A DNA stretch of 64,000 nt, taken from the NCBI GenBank assembly GCA_040380025.1, contig JBEIJY010000006.1:37608-101607 (forward strand), given 5' to 3'. This DNA is from Bdellovibrionales bacterium. GTDB lineage: Bacteria > Bdellovibrionota > UBA1018 > CAIMNF01. The notes under the pieces are model-generated. The model worked only from the letters and a program-made list of their open reading frames with translations. It ran no database searches and was not told where the DNA came from. Made by a program: the position numbers and the translations under genes. Positions 60,413 to 64,000 of this stretch are shown here, in pieces (positions within the stretch are counted from its first letter, which is position 1; every line of letters begins with the position of its first letter).

Positions 60413-61944
60413 CAGCTGCTCATGGATTTGACGAAGTCATCGTTGGTCTTGGTCTGCGACACGCGATCGAGCAAGAACTCCATCGCATCGACGGTGTTCA
60501 TCGGGTGCAGGACCTTGCGCAGGATCCAGATGCGGTTGATCACCTCTTTCGGGAGCAGAAGGTCTTCCTTCCGGGTCGCCGACTTGTTGATGTCAAGGCA
60601 CGGGAAGATCCGCTTCTCCATGAGCTTGCGGTCGAGCACGATCTCGGAGTTGCCGGTTCCCTTGAATTCCTCGAAAATCACCTCATCCATGCGCGAGCCG
60701 GTGTCGACGAGCGAGGTCGCGATGATCGTGAGCGATCCGCCTTCCTCGATGTTCCGGGCGGCGCCAAAGAAGCGCTTCGGCTTGTGGAGCGCGTTCGAAT
60801 CGACCCCTCCCGAGAGGATCTTCCCGGACGGCGGCACGACCGCGTTGTACGCGCGCGCAAGACGGGTGATCGAGTCGAGCAGGATCACCACGTCGTATTT
60901 GTTCTCGACGAGACGCTTTGCCTTTTCGATGACCATCTCGGCCACTTGCACGTGCCGCGAGGCTTGCTCGTCGAAGGTCGAAGAGATCACTTCGCCCTTC
61001 ACCGAGCGCTGCATGTCGGTGACTTCCTCGGGGCGCTCGTCGATCAGAAGAACAATGAGCTTCACTTCGGGGTGGTTCGTGGTGATCGCGTTCGCGATGT
61101 CCTGCATGAGGACGGTCTTGCCGGCGCGGGGAGGCGCCACGATCAGGCACCGCTGGCCTTTTCCGAGTGGAACCATGAGGTCGATGATCCGCGTGCTCAG
61201 GTTCGTGGGCTGATATTCGAGATTCAGGCGCTCTTTCGGGTAGAGCGGAGTCAGGTTGTCAAACAGCGTGCGCTCGGAGTTCAGCTCGGAGGGCTGGAAG
61301 TTCACCTGCTCGACTTTCAGGAGCGCGAAATACCGCTCGCCTTCTTTCGGGGCGCGAACCGAGCCCGAGACGGTGTCTCCGGTGCGAAGTCCGAAGCGGC
61401 GGATCTGCGAGGGAGAAACGTACACATCGTCCGGCCCCGGAAGATAATTGTACTCGGGGGCGCGGAGGAATCCGAATCCGTCCGGCAGGCACTCAAGTAC
61501 GCCATCGGCGAAGATGTGCTCGTCTTTTTCGGCCTTCTTTTGAAGGATCACAAAGATCAGATCCTGCTTGCGCATGCTTCCCGCGTTTTCGATGCCGAGC
61601 GCGGTCGCCATTTCGACGAGCTCATGGGCTTTTTTGTTTTTGAGTTCCTTCAGGTGCATCGCACGCTTTGCGTGGGTGGTCGCGGCCGAACCTTGAACTT
61701 CAGAAGAGGGGGAGGCGCTGATCACCTCGGCCTCGGGAGTCGGGGCCTGATGATCGGCAACGTCGAGGACTTCCGCCCCGGTGGCGATTTCGGCAGTGAT
61801 CTCGGTGGCGATGAATTCATCGGCCGCGGGTTCAAATCCGTCGGTTGCCGGGCGCTTGCCGGGGATGATGCGCTGTTGGGGGCGGCCGCGGGGTGCGACG
61901 GGTTTTTGACCGGGTTTTTTTTGAGGGGTGTTTTGAGTGCTCAC
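60412..61944 (-). CDS. rho: Transcription termination factor Rho with N-terminal extension
   Basis: [31 protein letters not shown] and FKGTGN motifs. Confidence 0.97.
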   Translation of the reverse strand: MSTQNTPQKKPGQKPVAPRGRPQQRIIPGKRPATDGFEPAADEFIATEITAEIATGAEVLDVADHQAPTPEAEVISASPSSEVQGSAATTHAKRAMHLKELKNKKAHELVEMATALGIENAGSMRKQDLIFVILQKKAEKDEHIFADGVLECLPDGFGFLRAPEYNYLPGPDDVYVSPSQIRRFGLRTGDTVSGSVRAPKEGERYFALLKVEQVNFQPSELNSERTLFDNLTPLYPKERLNLEYQPTNLSTRIIDLMVPLGKGQRCLIVAPPRAGKTVLMQDIANAITTNHPEVKLIVLLIDERPEEVTDMQRSVKGEVISSTFDEQASRHVQVAEMVIEKAKRLVENKYDVVILLDSITRLARAYNAVVPPSGKILSGGVDSNALHKPKRFFGAARNIEEGGSLTIIATSLVDTGSRMDEVIFEEFKGTGNSEIVLDRKLMEKRIFPCLDINKSATRKEDLLLPKEVINRIWILRKVLHPMNTVDAMEFLLDRVSQTKTNDDFVKSMSS

Positions 61945-62114
61945 GAACTCTCCTTCGGGATTGATGGGAATGGTTGGGATGAATGGGGTGGATTTGGCTT
62001 CGAGGCTGTCAAAAAATTTTGGATTGTGTTTGGACGATTCCGAACGACGCTTAAAAAATTAACAGAGGTTTTTGGTTCAGTCCAGAGAAAATTCGATGAT
62101 ATCCTGAAGCCATC

Positions 62115-63203
62115 ATGAAATGGATCAAGCTTGTGGCATTCCTTTTGGTCTTGTCCGTCGGGGCGTCCGGCTTTGTTCTGTACCGCTTCGCAAACGCCCC
62201 CGCGGCTTCCTCCGGGTCGACGAAAAAAGTGGAATTTGATTTACTGAAGGGAATGCAGCCCCGCGAAGTCTCGTTCGCGCTCGAGCGCGAGGGGCTCGTC
62301 CGGAGTGCGTTTTTGTTTTACTGGCTCGGGCGCTTCACGCGCGGCTGGTCCGGGCTCCGCGCCGCCGAGTACGATCTGGGCACCGGCATGACGCCGCTTC
62401 AGATCTTCAAGATTTTTCAGAGCGGGATCGGAATCCAGCGCTCCCTACTCATTCGCGAGGGCGACAACATCCATCAGGTGGCCGACGCCTTCGCCCGTGC
62501 GGGGGTCGGCGCAAAGGAATCGGTGTTGAGGATTCTTCGATCGCAGGAGTTCATTGCGCAGGTCGGGCTCAAGAACGAGGACGTCCGCACCCTCGAGGGA
62601 TATTTGTACCCGAATACGTATTTTTACGACCGTCACGAAACGACGACGAACCTGATCCGGCGGATGGTCGATGCGTTTCTTCGCACCTGGACCCCCGAAC
62701 ACGAGGCGCGTGCAAAAGAGATCGGTCTTTCGCGAAAGCAGGTCGTGACCCTGGCCTCGATCGTCGAGAAAGAGACGGGCGCCTCGTTCGAGCGACCCGT
62801 GATCGCCTCGGTGTTCTTCAATCGGCTGAAGAAAAAGATGAAGCTCCAGAGCGATCCCACCACCATGTACGGGCTCGGGGACGCCTTCTCGGGGAATCTG
62901 AAGCGCGAGGATTTGCGGCGTCCGTCGGAGTACAACACCTACACCCTGCCGGGACTTCCCGTGGGACCGATCGCCAACCCGAACCCCGAGTCGGTGAAGG
63001 CCGTTCTTTACCCGGCCGATACCGATTTTTTGTATTTTGTGTCGAAGAACGACGGCACCCATGTGTTCAGCCGGACCTACCCCGAACACGCCGCTTGGGT
63101 GCGGCGCCTGCAAAACGACCCGAAGGCCCGTGAAGGCAAGAGCTGGCGGGATCTTTCCAAACAAGAGAAATCCCAAAAAAAACGCGAAGGCGTCTCGCAA
63201 TAA
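62115..63203 (+). CDS. mltG: Endolytic transglycosylase MltG
   Basis: N-terminal TM, LEGYLYP, ASIVEKE, LQSDPT and YNTY..PGLP.GPI motifs. Confidence 0.95.
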   Translation: MKWIKLVAFLLVLSVGASGFVLYRFANAPAASSGSTKKVEFDLLKGMQPREVSFALEREGLVRSAFLFYWLGRFTRGWSGLRAAEYDLGTGMTPLQIFKIFQSGIGIQRSLLIREGDNIHQVADAFARAGVGAKESVLRILRSQEFIAQVGLKNEDVRTLEGYLYPNTYFYDRHETTTNLIRRMVDAFLRTWTPEHEARAKEIGLSRKQVVTLASIVEKETGASFERPVIASVFFNRLKKKMKLQSDPTTMYGLGDAFSGNLKREDLRRPSEYNTYTLPGLPVGPIANPNPESVKAVLYPADTDFLYFVSKNDGTHVFSRTYPEHAAWVRRLQNDPKAREGKSWRDLSKQEKSQKKREGVSQ

Positions 63204-63266
63204 CTCAAGTTCCGGTTCTCCCGTGCCGAATCGAAGTTGGATCGGATCGATCCGGAGGAGCCGAAA

Positions 63267-64000
63267 ATGTTCAAGAGTGCTTTCAACTCATACCGCAGAA
63301 ACGCTTGGTTGATCCATACCTCGGCGGTTTTGCTCGCGATCATTGGCCTGTTTCAGAACTGCGGGCGACAGGTCTTGGACAACTCGGGGCTCTCTTCGGG
63401 AATGCGGTTTGTGAATCCGAGTGCCACGGTCATCGTGGGTAGCACCACCCCGATTCAGTTCACCGTTCAGCATGATGGATGTTCCACTACGCCGGTTTGC
63501 GGACCGTTCACCCCGACTGTGGGAAGCGTCTCCGGCCCCTTCAGTGTTTCTTCGAACTCGTTTACTTGCACCTATGCTCCCCTGGCGAGCGCCGCCTCGG
63601 GTACCATGGTCACTCTTCGGGCCTCGTGCGGCTCCGGAAGCGCCTCTGCGATGATTGCCTACATCGCGACTGCTGGCGGTGGCGGCGGAGGAGGCGGTGG
63701 CGGTGGAAATGTCGGAGGGTCTCTGGCCTTCACTCCCGATGCGAGTGACTACCCGCACCTCATCGGGGGAGGTTTTGGTGCAAGCATTGATTCCCACAAT
63801 GACCTCGTCATCATCGGAGCTCCGAATGCAAAAGCGACCGTGGCAATCGCAAATGCAGGCGCAAATGCCGCAGGCGGATACGGTGCCTTCATGATTCTCA
63901 GGCGGGATTCGACCCAGGGCTGGGTGATTGAATTCGACTCCAAGGATCATTTCATCAGCCCGGTTCAATATCCGAGCCTTTGGCCGAATGGTCAGGGCAA
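63267..64000 (+). CDS. FQNC-type lipoprotein with Gly linker and FG-GAP repeat (runs off the window end)
   Basis: SD GGAGG, then MFKSAF...LLAIIGLFQNC, a Cys/Ser/Thr-rich domain, 11 Gly (63675-63707) and GFGASIDSHNDLVIIGAP. The frame stays open to 64000 and is absent from the ORF track. Confidence 0.82.
   Translation, partial: MFKSAFNSYRRNAWLIHTSAVLLAIIGLFQNCGRQVLDNSGLSSGMRFVNPSATVIVGSTTPIQFTVQHDGCSTTPVCGPFTPTVGSVSGPFSVSSNSFTCTYAPLASAASGTMVTLRASCGSGSASAMIAYIATAGGGGGGGGGGGNVGGSLAFTPDASDYPHLIGGGFGASIDSHNDLVIIGAPNAKATVAIANAGANAAGGYGAFMILRRDSTQGWVIEFDSKDHFISPVQYPSLWPNGQG

Overview
A 64 kb core-chromosome window from a GC-rich bacterium, most likely Bdellovibrionota (inferred from the dnaN-recF-gyrB-gyrA-TPR-atpZ/I-atpB-atpE order, an FQNC-type lipoprotein and a WAQE-type subtilase family). 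It starts at a probable oriC (779-1190) with variant DnaA boxes and a B. subtilis-like unwinding element, but with no dnaA next to it. Then come dnaN, recF, gyrB, fabH, gyrA, the Fo genes, and a minus-strand mfd-ppiC-surA-pdxA-PMM/PGM-uvrA block. The most notable feature is an intact, translationally coupled but heavily degenerate second complex-I-like operon (A?-B-D-H-I-J-K-L-M-N, 22242-28786) directly upstream of a complete nuoA-N operon. Its Fe-S subunits keep their cysteines, while the quinone-site residues, any NiFe ligands and the proton-pumping charged residues appear lost. Further on are a GYF-TM-TPR protein, three paralogous compact S8 proteases (one broken), a stand-alone I9/propeptide-like gene, a RAMA-like protein, a probable serine palmitoyltransferase, ruvCAB, tRNA-Pro(GGG), lpxC with a sigma54-type promoter, rho-prfA-prmC-murA-O-methyltransferase, mltG and the start of an FG-GAP lipoprotein. 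No CRISPR array, rRNA or transposase/integrase was seen. All protein calls come from motif recognition by eye, not database searches.
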